Source: Tubiluchus corallicola (taxonomy: Eukaryota > Animalia > Priapulida). From it: a stretch of 64,000 bases of DNA. Location of the stretch: positions 62,001 to 126,000 of the forward strand of contig JAQGDQ010000159.1 in NCBI GenBank assembly GCA_030141605.1, given 5' to 3'. The notes under the pieces are model-generated. The model was not told the DNA's origin. It searched no databases and saw nothing but the letters and a program-made list of their open reading frames with translations. The translations under genes and the position numbers were made by a program. Positions 37,001-52,000 of this stretch are shown in pieces; the stretch's first letter is position 1; the number at the start of each line of letters is the position of its first letter.

Positions 37001-40000
37001 CGGTGGCAGTGACGGCGGCGGTCGTATTTACTTTGAAATTTACTTTCATATAACTGTAGACCGAAGTTCATAATATAACAAACAGTAAGTACAAAAGCCT
37101 CAGTGGTGACGCATAATCGTACAAAAGCAATATTAACTAGATTAATACCTGTAAACAAAGTAGTTTGAAAATTAACTAGGTGGAAGAGTAGTAGGAGCTT
37201 GTGGATCAAATTAAAGAGTCTGATCCCTATAATGTTCATCTAGCCGTGCCTTCAACTGATTCAAAGACCTTCTAGTCTCACATTAGCTGGTAAGTCTTTT
37301 TTCATGCTGCTGCTTGATGACATCATATTAAATAGATATTCGCTCTAGATTCCCGTGGCCCTTACTGCAATAAAAAGCATCCCTAAATGCTTCTCTAGAG
37401 ATGAATTTTGAAGCATCGATCTAGTCATTCTGACACAATTTCCCTTCTAGCCAATCCATTAAATTTTCATTATGTCTTTAAAAATGTCTATGGTCCATAC
37501 TTTAGAGATCTGCAGAGACCTTCCAGTCTTGTTAATCAGTTTAGGAACACATTCATTTTAGTAAAATATAAAATTACTCTATAAAGTTGTAATTCAGTGA
37601 ATCCTGGGCTTTCATTTCTTTAGGTAGCCATTTCTTAGTTTGTTCACTCTTTTTCCAGTGACTGTCTTTCTGTTAGGTGGACGTACATTGATTTACCTCA
37701 TTCTCTGATGTGGACCCTTTCCAATTGTTTATTAATATTTGACCAAGTATAATTGACCATTTTATTATGATGTGGCCTAATGTAGTTTCAAAAAATTCTC
37801 TTTACATTTCAGTTAGTTAATGTTTCTAGTGATGTAAACAAAAAAAAACATTATATTACAGTAGCTAGTACTGATTACGTTACAAATTTTGATACCGAGT
37901 AATTTGAGTACTAAAATGTTTTGGCCTATATGGCATTTGACTTTTGTTTGCTTTCGTCTAAGGTTTGGGACTTTGAAGTCATAGATCAAGCTGATTCAAC
38001 AGATGTAAGCAATAAATACGAGCTGGAACCAATGAGAGAGATAAAAGTTGGAAAAAATACATCTCTGTATTTCATGGTAAAATCATTGGAGATTGAGACT
38101 CCAACTATTTGGTATGCACAGGTGAGCAACTTATTAGTAACAGGTACATTCATGTTATAAGTTTGCAATTTGTGTCACTGAACATTACAATATCTCGAAT
38201 TTGATCTGAGACATGTTTCCTGTTTAGATGTAGGTTTTGAGTTGTTGATTTATAAATAATTATTGGTTAAATTATTCATCAGTGATTTTTTGCATATTCT
38301 TTTTTTTAGATTAGTTTTCAATTGTGCACAGATATTGTCTTCAACTAGTATTTGTGTTTCATATTTCCTGTTGAGTCAGTGTTAATGTAAATCGGCAACA
38401 TTTTGTTTTAAATTTGCTTTCTTGATAGGACAGCAATGGTGGAATTTGGCAGATAGATTTGGCGATCTCAATGGTATCTAAGGAACCACAAAAGCTTTAT
38501 ACGTATCATGCTAGCAGTGTTACTTGTTGCGATGTCTCACCTGTAGCTCATCTTATGGCTACTACAGGTTCTGATGGTAAATAAAAACTAAGTTTTGACA
38601 TGTTAAAAGTTTTGTTTGATATTTAAATAACCATTGTTTTAGTTAGGCATGTTTCTTTTTAAACAGTTATGGTCTAATTTTAATTCGATGAATTTCTATA
38701 CACATTTGATATTCAACTTACAGCTTGTAAGCAGAATAAGCAAAAAAGCTTGAGAAATTTTGTTTTACCACTTAAACATGAATTCATTCATAATTGTGAA
38801 TCCAGTTTGTTCACTTGTTCATCTTCTTATTATATTGGCATTTGATGTACAATTGTATGTAATTCATCCCTTTTGGTATTATTTTTGTTCTGTTTTATAG
38901 GTACTGTACGCTTATATGACTACAAAGAGAAAAAGCAGCTGTGTCATGCAGTTTATGGGACAGGTGGCACAAAGCTTATATGGATGCCAAAGTCTGTAAG
39001 CATTACGATTTAAGAATTCACATACACAGAACTTGTACATGAATTATGGATACACAGAACTTGTATATGAATTATATGTACGCAGAACTTGTATATGAAT
39101 TATTGAATATTTTTAAAAATTGAAATTCATTTGCGAACATCTGAGTCTGTAAAAAGGCATAGTTGTCAGTTGCTCTAGTTTGCAGCACTGAAGGTTTCTA
39201 GTTGTGAAATAAAACATAGCTATTATAGAATTTGTGAATTAGCAAACAGGCTGATACATGCATGCAACGAAGAAAAATTGATAGTAAACAAAATACCAAG
39301 TGAATTATTGAAGCTGGTAAGTAGTAACTAATTAAGCCTTGCAAAAGCGTACCCTAAAACAAAGGTGGAGCAAGCATTATTCATTGCACTTTCACTCAAG
39401 TCATTGAACATTATAAATTACACAATGAATTTAAAGTGCAAAGCCAAAGTGATGAAGAAATAAAGCTAATTTGTAAAGTTAATTTATATTTTTTCAGAAT
39501 ATTTTTCAGTAAGAGGTCAATTATGGCCCTGAATAATGTGGGAAAGTGGTAGTAATTAACTCACATAATTAGAAATTTTTTTAATTTCTATTACTGGAAA
39601 TGATAGAAGTGATTTGCCTTGTTATATTAAGTCATAAGCAATTCTGCTTTGGGCCAGGTTGACTTGAGGTGCTCCACAATCGCTGCAAGTTTTGAAGATG
39701 GAGTGGTTCGTATATTGACAATTTTACAAAATCCTGACTCAGAAGAGCGAGAATTCGCTTTAGAATCTGTAATGAAGCCTCATTCCGCTACCATTACTGC
39801 TATGGAATTTGAATCTCGTAGTCGATTACTAGCAACTGCCGTGAGTTAAAATGATTCTCAATATATTAAGATATTTGTTTGTAATGAAGATGCGTACATG
39901 TCTGTATGTATGTATTTTGCTCACTAATTTGTTTTCTGTTTATAATATTCACCACTGGCTAGTAACTTAGTATCCTGCTACATTCTTGAAACTTTCCCCA

Positions 40001-43000
40001 AATATTTGCTTGGAAACTTAGCTAATTCACATTGACTGTTTGCAAATTCCACAGCAATAAACTAGAATAAGTACCAATGTAACTTTTGAAGAGAAAAGAT
40101 TTAACATTAGCAAAGTAAGCTTCTTGTGGCAAGCTTTTTTATTAAAGTGCCAAAATAAAAGTCCATAAAGCAACTTTGTTTGATTTTCAGTATCTTCATT
40201 ATCCTTGGATCTTTGCAGTCAGTTAAGGCTTTAAATACACATGTCCTAGAATGTTATAAGCCTCAGATTTTTAGCCAAAATATGTAGGCATTTTGGTTTA
40301 CTTGGCTCAAAAATAACGTTACTGTTTGACACAAATTTAACACTGCTGTAAGAGTAATTTCTTTATTATCATTTCTCTAGGAAAAGGTTAAAGTTCATGT
40401 TGTATTAGTACTAGTCTTCTAGTAATATTTTCAGGGTTCGGACAACACCATTTTTTTTATTCGAGTCACTTCTGATAGCTACATGCCTCTGGGATTCATA
40501 TCAACGTTAGCAAAACCATCTTATTTGAATTGGGCACCATTTGACCTTGTAAGTCACATTTGGTTACCCTATTTGAAGGCAATCTTTTTCCAGAAATGTT
40601 AGTCAGTGTTTAATGTAATTTTTTTATATAGTATCAGTACCATTCAATATATATTTTTTTGTTCAAGGATTTTGGCAATGATCAGATCAGCTTGAGCATT
40701 ATCTTTGTTTTTTAAATCGATTTGGTTTTATGTCTGATTGTTTGTATAGGGGATGAAATTGCTTGTGTTCTGCAATGATGGCAGTGTTATGGAGACTGAG
40801 GCTCCGACAGAACATGACACAGCTACTACCTATAAAATATCCGATCGCAATACAAGATGTTATATTTTTAAAAGTGTCAAATCTAAAATTAAGGTAACTG
40901 ATCGGAAATGCTTCTTTTTTATAAAATATGTGTAAATAAATTTGAATGTAAAACCAAGGTGCCGTTTAGTCACAAAGGTATTTGGTTTTATAAAATCTTT
41001 AGCTTTTGTGTTACTTAGCTACATTGTAATGTGTGTAAAGACATTTGAGCTGAATTTTCAAGTTAGAGCATGCTTGGCAGTTCTGCAATGCAATTGTTGC
41101 AATTTTGAAAGAGAAGTACTGTCAGGTAAAACGTTAAGAAATTAAGATTTTTGTTCTTTAATTTTGATAAGTTTCAATTGTTTCTTTTTCATTTCAAATC
41201 ATATATGTACTTGAAATAAGTTTTGATGAGCAGGAAAGTTATGTAGTCATTCTTAATGTTTAGCAACCAAATTGAAGTAATTCTAGATTTATTTAGCAAC
41301 TTTGAGGGATGATGTGCATCCTTCCAATTAAAGCCCCTCGGTCTGTTCAATATATTTTATGTTAGAGGATCATCTTTGGTAACAAGTAGGCCTGTAATGA
41401 TACATCGATGTATCGTATTGTGACCTAAGTATATCGTTACAGCCCTAGTAAGTAGGTAGGTTCTGGTCTGGTTACAGGACCAGCTATGTAATTACTGCCA
41501 AACTTTATTACAAATTCATACAATTTCACAGGTATATTTCTTTGTCTCAATTAACCAATTACCTTAGTTACATCTTCCAAGTTTCATAGCAAAAAATTTG
41601 TAACAACCTTCTGACATGTAATAATTGAGTGATACTGCTATTAATGTATATATGTTGATGTGGATATTGTGGAGAGATTTAATAGCTAAAATACAACTAT
41701 GGTAGTTTTGTAAGATTAAAAAATACTATAGGTCTGATGAAGTATAAGTTATACTAGATGGGGTAATATTATTGTACAATATGTTACATTTTTTAATATA
41801 CCAATGAAGTGTACTTTTGAAATATCAAAAAAATTTGTGATAGAATCTGCAACATATCAAAATTTTATTATTTTAAACTTGGCCATGAATAATTTCTAGA
41901 GAGAAGAATGGAGACGCATGAAGGAAGAGGAGAAAGAAAGACTGCGGTTAGAAAAAGAAGAAGAGAAAGAAAGAAGACGCCAAGAGCGTCGTGAGGCAGG
42001 GGAAGGTGGGTTAATTTTTCTCAATAACTCACTCAACTAAACTGCACAATTTAGAAGCCGAGCTGACTAACACTAGTAGATTTATTGCCGACATGAAAAT
42101 ATTGTTGTTATTGTTTTTTTCGAATCAGATTGCAAACATTGTGAATATTTAAGGAACATATGTCTTACAGCTAGCATTTGAGTAGGAGTTATTAGTAAAT
42201 ATTCATGTACACAGCTGTCTCTATTGCCACAAGCTGTAGTGATCAAACAGAATTAAATTCATGATCGGCAAAGTTAACTCTTGCTAAATCAAAGTTTTGT
42301 TGGGCAATCCTGCTTATTAGCACCGGAGTAAAAAACTTATCATGTTATATGACTTTTTGATGAGGTATCTCTAGGTATGGATATTTTTGTGCAGCTTGTG
42401 TTAGTAAGAAGAATACTAGAGTATTTGACTACCTACAGTAGGTCTACTATTCCAAGTAGTATTCTTCAGTTATTGGTCTGGAGTGTGGAGTACAACATCT
42501 CTTTGGCACAGTTAATTATGCATGTGCAAAATGTGCATTAAATATACTCTATTGTAGGCATTATATATTGATGCTTTAATGTATGTTTATAGAAGAAGAG
42601 GTAGAAGAAGAAGAAGAGGACCAGGAGGAGGAAGAAGAGGAGGAAGAGCCAGAACTTTATTATCCGGAAGTCCCATCTTCCATAACCCATGGATTCTACT
42701 CTAGCAATTGTAGCCGGTTCTGGATTACACTGGTGCATATTTGTCACATTTTCTTTAATGAATTTTTGGCAGTTTCACTGCAAGTCTGTATTATTAGTAA
42801 AAACAGCATTAAAATAATTTATTATACAATGCAAGGCAAATAATTTTTTTCTGAAAATGCAAATATTTACATCTTTGTGATGTGAAAAAAGTATCTTTTT
42901 TTCACAAAGTAATACAAGATAGTCAAACTGATAGATGTAGATGACTGCAGAAATTCCGTGTCAATGACAGATATTTTTATTGTTTAACCGTTCCAAAATT

Positions 43001-46000
43001 TATTTCTGAAACATTGTCAGTTACTAAATAACTGTATTGGCTGTGTTACACTAAAAGTGTAATGATAGGCTACTATTCTTGCAATATTTTTGGTAGAATT
43101 TCGCTATATGGAAGAAAACATAAGCAAAGTTATTATTAATTATGTTGCTTATTTTGTTACTGACCTGAATACATTTCACATTTAAAGCTTATCACAATTT
43201 TACTTTAAAGCTCAAGAACTGGCGAAAAACAATTGCACGATGGTCATGGTAGCAAGTTTTCATAAGAGTTTCAGGAATGATTTACATAACTACAGAATAT
43301 AAAAATAAATTATTAGTAATTTCATTGAAAATAGACATAGTGTTATCTTAATAGAATTAAGTGTTGTTATTATATGATCGGTGCCAATACACTTAATAAA
43401 ATAATTACCGTGGCTAGAACGGTCAGAAACGCTTCACACAACCAAATTAAACATTGAGCAGTTGCTGTAAATCTATACTTGTAAAATCATAAAAACGAAG
43501 GAAATGTTTTGTTGTCTAGTTCTAATGTTCTGTTAAACTAAACATCAGTGAAAAGAGTTGATGCATTAGTGTGCTTATTTGTACACATGCATGTACACAC
43601 ACATTCACACATTTAGCAGTATTGACTTACTAGCAACAAAGTATAGATAAGCCAAATTCTAAATGAAAGTCCTTTCTACTAGTAACGTCTGTTGGTGAAT
43701 GTACTTCTACTCAAACCTTTACCATTATACCATTATGGGTACATATTTCCGTTCCTATTTGTGCATTTGTCATTAGGATGGATACGATGCTGGTTTTCTT
43801 TATGAGTGCAAGTTTCTAACTGATGAAGAGAAGGCAGAGATAGAACCAGAATTGATCGGAGAACCGTTGAGGGCAGTGCCTTTGGAGGATATTAATGATG
43901 TTACTGTGAGATGTATGACTTTGACGTAAGTATAGAAATAACATTTAATCTTAATTTTGTTTTCTTATTCAGCATATCATTTTAGCGAGTTGATTGGTGG
44001 TTCTATTTAGGCGATTCTCGCTTAGAAGCTACAGTGACGTTTCATTGTTCTCACGTTATTCCATTGCATTCTGTCTATAACTTTAACTCAGTAAAAGCTG
44101 GTGCTGGCCTTACGTTAGGTAAATAAACCAACACTATGTAGGATGTTTGCGCATTATTGATTAAAAGTGAATTTATATGCAAAATTTTTTGTGGGGCCTT
44201 TGCTAGTAATAATAATAATAATCTAGACTAAACATAGTTTTCATGAAATTTTGCCAGAAAGGTTATTACCTTGAATTACAATAAAATAGATGTCTTAACA
44301 GGTGAAACAGACTCTATTTTATTGAAATCTATAGTTCAGTATTTCGATATCCTAATATCCTAACAGTAATCATTGTCAAGTGTCCAAGAGCAAAGTGGCA
44401 GGACAGATGGCAAGATTCCTTTAATTACTGTGCATGTATTAACTGAGAAAGTTGTAGATGCACTTGTAAATCACAGATTTGATTCACTGGAGTAAGTCCT
44501 ACTGTTCATACAGCCTAATGGAACATCTTACGGGCATCATAGTTTCCATGCAAGTACAATTTAGTATGTAAAATTGCCTCCTTACTTGATGTATTCCAAG
44601 ATTATCTTTAGCCATCTGTGATGAATGATCTGGTGGTAATTTCTGTAAATTCAGTGAGAAAAATTCTGATATCGATACGTGTTGTTTGCGTGTTGTTTGT
44701 AATCATATACTTGTATGTATTGTTAAGTGCACTAAGAGATACCAGTGATGTCATGCCAACACTAATGCAGCTTGTTTTTGCTTGTACAAAGTGTTTCATT
44801 AGTTTTTAAATATGATGTTGTTATCAACAATATCTAAACTATGTTTTGACACCCAATCGTATTTTGCCTTCATTGCTGCTTTAAGGAGAACACGTTTTAG
44901 ATTTGAGTTGTTTATTAATGAGTCTGTTAAATCTTGTAATTTAAATGTCGAGTAGTGAATTAGTAGACTATTTTTTTACAGAAAACTTGAGAATTATGTT
45001 TTGATGGGTTTGCAAAATGGGATTATAAGAGTTCAGACTTTACCAAGCGGAATTCAAGACATTGGTACGTATCTTAAATTTTCGGCAATAGCTTTAGTTC
45101 ATTTACAGTAGCAGGTTACAATTAGAGTTTTATAATATTAATTTAACATTAACTGAACACTCTCCACTTCGTCCTACAAAAGCACTGACATTTTGATAAA
45201 TGAAATAGCATCAGCAGTGAAGTTACACTTATACAGTAGGCGCTGTTTATTAGATTCACCGTTAATAGCCTAATTGACTCAAACCCACCGTGGTATGGGC
45301 CGTTATTATTCAAATGTATGTAAAAACTGCCAGCAATTAACTCATATAACTCCACATAATTGACTCATTATTTTTGTTTGACGTACTTAAAATACAACAT
45401 TTGTGTGTGACCAAAAAACTTTTACTACTTTTATGTCATCTTTACTTTACTTTTGCGCATTATAACATACATAAGGACAGTCGTGTTAAGCACAATTTTG
45501 TTTGTAGACAAATTTGTTTATCATGCTCTAATATGCTAGCGTAGCAGCTTTGAATCAATCACCTGCTTATGCACTGCAATTAACATCGTTTTTTCTGGAA
45601 GCTAAATATTTAATCAGTTGCCTAAGGGTTTCCTTTTGAAGTTCCTGCTGCTTTCTACAGACTGCTTTTCAAAGGGGAACCACGAGCCCCACCAAATGCA
45701 ACTCGTGCCTCAAGCACTGGGTGACTTAACGTTTTGTGTGAATATGTGCAGCATATAGCTAATGATTTTCAATGTTTTAATCAACGTGAAGAATTTCCAA
45801 AACCAACTCTTTGTGAAGAAATGAGGCAACTGACTTTGCACGAAGTTTTGTAATTTTAAGTGGTAATAATCAAATTTGTGCAATTTTTTTATTAACTGTC
45901 TACGAATTGTTAGTATTTTTAAAAAATTGCACATAGGAATTTTGACACTAATTCCGACATAAAATTCATTTAAAGCATTCATTGTGCATATTAAGCTGAT

Positions 46001-49000
46001 GAGTGATGACTCATACATCTATGACAGTAATGCTACACTCATCAGCTGTTAGATTCAGTCGGTTAATTAGCTCAATGCACTTTCATTCCAAAGTGTGTCT
46101 ATTAAGTGGCGCCTACTATACTAAGAATAAATTTGCAGTGTGCTTTCAGGCAAGACCTGATGCCTAACTTAAACAAAAATGATAGTAAGAAATCATAGTA
46201 TGGATTCTCTTACATTGGCAATGCTCGTCTATAAAAATTACACCGTGTAATTCTAAGAGAACCCATACAATGATTTCTTATTGTTGTTATTGTTTATGTT
46301 AGGCATCAGGTTTTCTTAGATATCCAGTTTGGAAATACAAAAGACTAGAGTCATGAAACTTGCAGGGTAGACACCTGGGATAGGGGCTCAGACATTGATT
46401 TGATGAATGGTGCCCTCTGTTAAAAGTCTAGGACACAGGGCATCAGTCATTTCGAGTGGCTGCCTGACCACTGGGTATCAATTGATGGTCAATAGCTTGT
46501 GCACTTTCCACAAAATGTTTTTTTAACATATAATGTACATATTGCAACTGTGTATAGTGTTTTAAGTTTTTGACATTTCTCTTGTTAGCAGTGTATTTAT
46601 GTGCTTGTCACATGAAGCTTAAACTAACCAGTTTACCTGCTGTAAGCATTAAGCCTAGTTTTATACGTTTTTAGAATACAATTAGAATTTCAGAATTTTG
46701 GAAACTGTTAAATTATTTATGGTTTGAACAAAACTGGAAATGGTTAGAACTACAGAATTACAATACGTGATCAAAGATAAACTGTTACGATGAATTGTGA
46801 TGTATGCCTTTTTCTTATTTAGGAAATTTAGGTCCATACTGGTCTTTAAACATGCATGACAATGCATCTGGTTGTGTTAACCATATCTGCATAAGTTATG
46901 ATGGCAACTACGTGATTTCGGTTGCGTCTGATGGTACCATATTTACCTACAAAGCAGAATTTGAGACTGTTATTGCTGCAGAGGTTTCATTGACAAGCGT
47001 ACCACTTAAAAAGGTATCACTACATTTTTGTTATTTTTAATCTAAAAAAGTCTGGTATTTGTTTATAAAAAGTAATATCAGGAGCACTATGTGCTAACTA
47101 AATTTACCGGTGCCGTTCCACTAACAGACAAAATCAGGTTCTTATACATCCTCAATAATGTATTTTCTATTCATCCATGCATAAATTTTCTTTTATTTAC
47201 AGCAAAGACATCAACAAACTCCCAGACTATGAATTACAAATGCATTTTTAAATGATGTTAAATGGTGATCAGAATTGTCACAGCAGAAGTATGCAGAGTT
47301 TGTAAAAAAAATAATAATTTTAACAATTAATTTGTTTACTTAATGTATACATACAATTGCAATTTCATGAATGCAGTGATGTAGTGCTAAGAACAAAGGG
47401 AATAAAAGGTTGTGGGTCTCTCAGTGAGCCTCTGCACTTCTCCTGGGAAATTTTTTGAAATGTAATAAGCTTCAGAGAATTTTTTCGATCACTTGGATTT
47501 ATACTTGCCGATTTGTCTTAGAATTAGTGCATATCAGGTTTAATACAAATTCTAGGCAACTGTTTCATTTTTATCAAAGTTTATTATTAAAAATATTCTG
47601 TAAAACAGTAAAATTTTAGCAAAAACAAATGTTTCGTTCGAAGTGTGAAGCTCGTTAATAGAAACAGTACCTGTGCCGCTGCTATTTGCAATGCACATAA
47701 TTGAATGAATAATCAGAAGAGCAACTGTTACTTTTGCTATTATCATAAAGTAATGTGATTATGCCACAAAATCATAATACATTAACTTTATAAAGTAGTA
47801 TTACCTTATTTGAAAATAAAAAGACTGAAACAGTTAAGTGGTACACTGAGGGAATGTGGCTTCGTTGCACTTTTTCTAAAATTTTATCAATATCAACTGT
47901 ATTCATAGTCGAAATGTGCGTTATAAATGGTTACGTGTGCACAGTTAAAACAACGCAGTATAGAGTTGCATCACCCTATTTATTATTTTATTTATTTAAG
48001 GTCATCGAGAAGAAAATTGATGATATTGATGATCCTAATCATTACAGGTTTGTGAAATGTTGTGTCAACTGGCACCAATTGTTTTAGTTTGGTTGATTGA
48101 AAAATTCATTAAAGATTAATTGTTTTAAAAGCACACTACTTGCTTAAGTGTGTGCCTTAACATTGCTACTGCGATCATAAAGCATTTGTCATGCAAGTAA
48201 AAAAGAAGTATAAACATAAACTACCTCAGTGATTAATCAACATTTTTTCTTATTTTTAATGGCATTGTAGTGATCGCTTACATTACATCTATTCTCCTAA
48301 GCAAGTATTTTGATTTTTCGTGTTTTTGACTTTTCGTGAGACAGTGCTAGAATTTCATATCAGCATTAAGATACACGCTAGAGGCATTTTCTGACACAAG
48401 TAGTGACTTCACTTGTGATGGGCTACGACTCTCTCATCTGGTGTGTTAATAAAAATTCAAAGTTCGCAAATGGCATCAATCATGTCTGCTGGCAGCACAG
48501 CAAGCATTTTCTAAATTTCTAGGCTTTGCCTTACAAAAAACACCTGTAAAACTGTAAGTGCATGTTTTCAGCATTGAGGAGGAAAAACAGAAAGCTGGAT
48601 ACGATCAGCGGATGCGGGAAGCTGAGGAAAAGAAGCAAGTTGCTCGCCGTAAAATCAACATTCTTCGCCATCAGTTTAAGAAGGTTCTTCAGAAGAACGA
48701 AGAACTTGCGGGATACTTAAGACTAAGTAAACATGTAAGAAAGTATTTGCTTAAAGTATGCATGGTTTGCAAATGGATACTAAAGGAAAATAGCACTGTA
48801 TTTCAGGTTCTATGACATTTGACCTATGGCATAAAATATACAGAACCAATAATAATAACAACTAAAATGTTATTTCGTTCGACAATTTCCAAAAAGTTAC
48901 AATTGAACATGAAAAATAAAATATAACCGATCACTTTCTGAACATTGAACATTGTGAACAATAACACATATTACATAGCAGAAGACATATACTTTGCCAT

Positions 49001-52000
49001 AAGTTAACAATATTATATGATGTTCAGTATAATAGCTAAAATGTACTGATCCACAAATTAACTAGTAGAGTGTTATAATTGTTTATATAAATTGTTAAAT
49101 ATGTATTACCATAGTAGGTAAATTCATGTGAACAAGGTAACGGATGACTGAAGCAGAAACTACACCTTTGAGATTATATCATGTTTTGACTATAGCAGAA
49201 GAAGCTAAGTTAATATCTTAATTACTTTAGGATCTAAAATTGAGTCAAGAACTAGAGCAAGAGCAGATCGAAAGATCAAAACAGCAGCTAGCAAATGCCA
49301 AGCAAAAGTTAGCATGGGAACGGGAGAAACATCGCATTGGTTTAGAGAAATTAAAGAGGAAGTGAGTGAAATATTGTACTGGCTATTTTGATTGTATACA
49401 CAGACTTTTTAACTCAGTGAGCAATTTATAGTCATTGTATTTATATAAATTAGAATTATTCATTATTCATTTGTACGATTGAGATGAGAAAAGTATGCGA
49501 AAAATCATTCTCAACATGATAAAGTCTTGTATACAGTGCCACCACATTTATAACAAGTGATTCGTTACTAAGGTAGGTAAGTGATTCATTGTGTTTTAAG
49601 AAGAAATGTCATGTTGACTAACAATGATAATAAGTTGTAGAATTATTTTTATTTTTTTAATTAGGGCCCTGAAAGCCAGGTCCAACTTTAATTAAAACGT
49701 TTACAACCAGAATTGCATGATCTAAAATTTATAGAACAGAGCAGCACAGTCACAAAATAAATATGGAGTGGTTCAGCATCCTGTTGTTGCTATTTTATGC
49801 TTGATATGAAATTGTTGCTGGGAAAAATGAGCAATAGTGAATGCCAGCTACATAACATAATCTACTTAAGAATATACATAATCAAGATGTTTTTCATTTG
49901 GTGCTTCTCATATCATTTTTCTTCTGCAGGTTTAAGGATGACATTAAGTGTGAAAAAAGTGAGCTAAGAGCTCTTAAGACCGGACAAGTTTTATCAACAT
50001 TTCGTTGCACTTGTCTCTCAGATGAATATTTGATTGGTATGCAGTTGCTGAGAGACGGTATTGAGCAAACAAGGAAAGCTGCTATGATTAAACGAGAATC
50101 TATGTTCCAAGTGATGTCAGGTGACGCAATGTTAGATGGTATGTAAAGTAATTTTTTTCTGTGTTGCTCATTTACAGAGTGGTCTTTCTTCAAGTGATAA
50201 ATGCTGTATTGAGTACTAACTTGGTACCTTTTCAACATTAACATCATGATAACTGACTCTGTGAAATTGCATTGTACATTTATTGATTGACATCAAGTTC
50301 TACATAAATCTAAGCTCTAAATCTAAAGTCTACTCAAATTTGAACTTTGCTAGAAATTGTTCTTTTCACATGTGTGGTCATTATAATAATGCATAGGAAG
50401 TCAGGTTTACAAAATTACAATTCTTATAAGTGGTAAGATGTACCTGTTGATCTCACCATTGGAAGTAAGTAAAGGTGCATTAGTACAAAACAATTTTCTG
50501 TTAAATAATTTTTACTGTTTCTGTTTTATTAGGAAGTAATGCAGCTGGTCGATTTTGTAAAAAGCATCATCGTAGCTTGTTATCTTCATGAAAATATCCT
50601 TCATGATTAACTTTTATATATGTGTGTGCTTGCAAACCAAAATTGTCCATAAGTCGGCATAGTTAAAACTACGTTATGATGCCTCAAAGTAGAATACACC
50701 AAAATATGATTAAATGTCAATTTTTTGTTTTTTATAAAAACAAATAGTAAATATATCCTACCATCAAATTATTAAGAAAATGTTCAAAAGATACTAAAAA
50801 TCTAATTTTATAACCTCATACCCACTTTTCTGTCTAGAAACTAGTATTGCAATTGTAAAAAACTTGTATTTTTAAACTCCAATAGTAGCTTGTGGAAGCA
50901 GTCATTTTGCTTCAGGTTTTTTCTCTTGCCCTGCCCAGTTCTTCGCCAGGAAGAGTCATCTACTGGATTTAAACATAATTTTAATGTGTTCTTGTAAAGT
51001 CCATAGCAACCAACATTTGTGCGGTTGCTAAGTATTTTGTGGGAACGTGACAAAAACAATGGCAAACTTTAACACTGATTTTCTCAAGGTTGTTTTTCAG
51101 TGCGTAGCCTTGCACCTCAACTTCAAAGTGGTTTATGTGATCTTAGAAATAACATAGAATGACGAACTTGGTTTCAAAATGATCCTCATGAAATGGAGAT
51201 TCAGGATATATGAATAACTAGAAAAGCCTAATTGTGCACGATTAAGTGTTAAATATTAGCTAAAACTGACATTCATTTTCAGTTTAAGCATTTTTTTCAT
51301 GTAGATGATGCACCACAGAGCATATCTCGTGGAATCTCTGAGCAAATGTCAATGACTGTGCGACTTAAGCAAATGGCAATACGTTCTAATGCTCAGCTAA
51401 AGGCTCACAAAGCTCTGACTAAAGCCGCAGAGAAGAAGAAACGCAAAATGGCTAGAGAAGCGCAGGTAGGACAACTGTCAGTATGGTAAAGGAATTTAGT
51501 TCAAGGAATGAAATTCCTCAAGCTAGTTTCTTTTTCAGAAATTTGGAAGTGGAGTTAGTTTATTTTTACACAATGAAGCTGGGAACTGTGTCCTAGAGAA
51601 ACTTAGAACTGAAATTAATTTCCATTTAAAGTTTCACGTCAAATTAACTTTTACTGATTTTTGCATTGTTATCGTTTCGTTTTTGGCTAGGTGCTACGCA
51701 AAAATGCTGACTATGTTAGTTCACTTACATGCATTTATTTGTGCGCAGTGGACAGAAAACAGTGCAGTGAACTGAACTAAATTCCTTTTTTTGCAAGAAA
51801 ACTTGGAAATGAAACTAGAACATGTCTTTTCGAAGCAAACAGAGGAACTAGGAACTTGGATAAGTTTCCTTTGTCATGAACTGATATTAGTTCCTGTTCT
51901 TGCTAAGGAACTAGGAAAAAGAACTATTTCTTAAAGCTAAGAAACTTTTACAACCCTGAGAAATGTCTCATCGATCAACCCCCTGTCACCACTTGAAACT

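Noticed and set aside
39022-39103. Short direct repeats considered as a CRISPR-like array
   Set aside because: No unique spacers and a eukaryotic intron context; it is an ordinary minisatellite.
45995-46047. AGCTGATGAGTG...CACTCATCAGCT hairpin containing CTGATGA (hammerhead or C/D-box-like)
   Set aside because: No matching GAAA core or terminal box D arrangement; it lies inside a MITE and reads as an internal palindrome.
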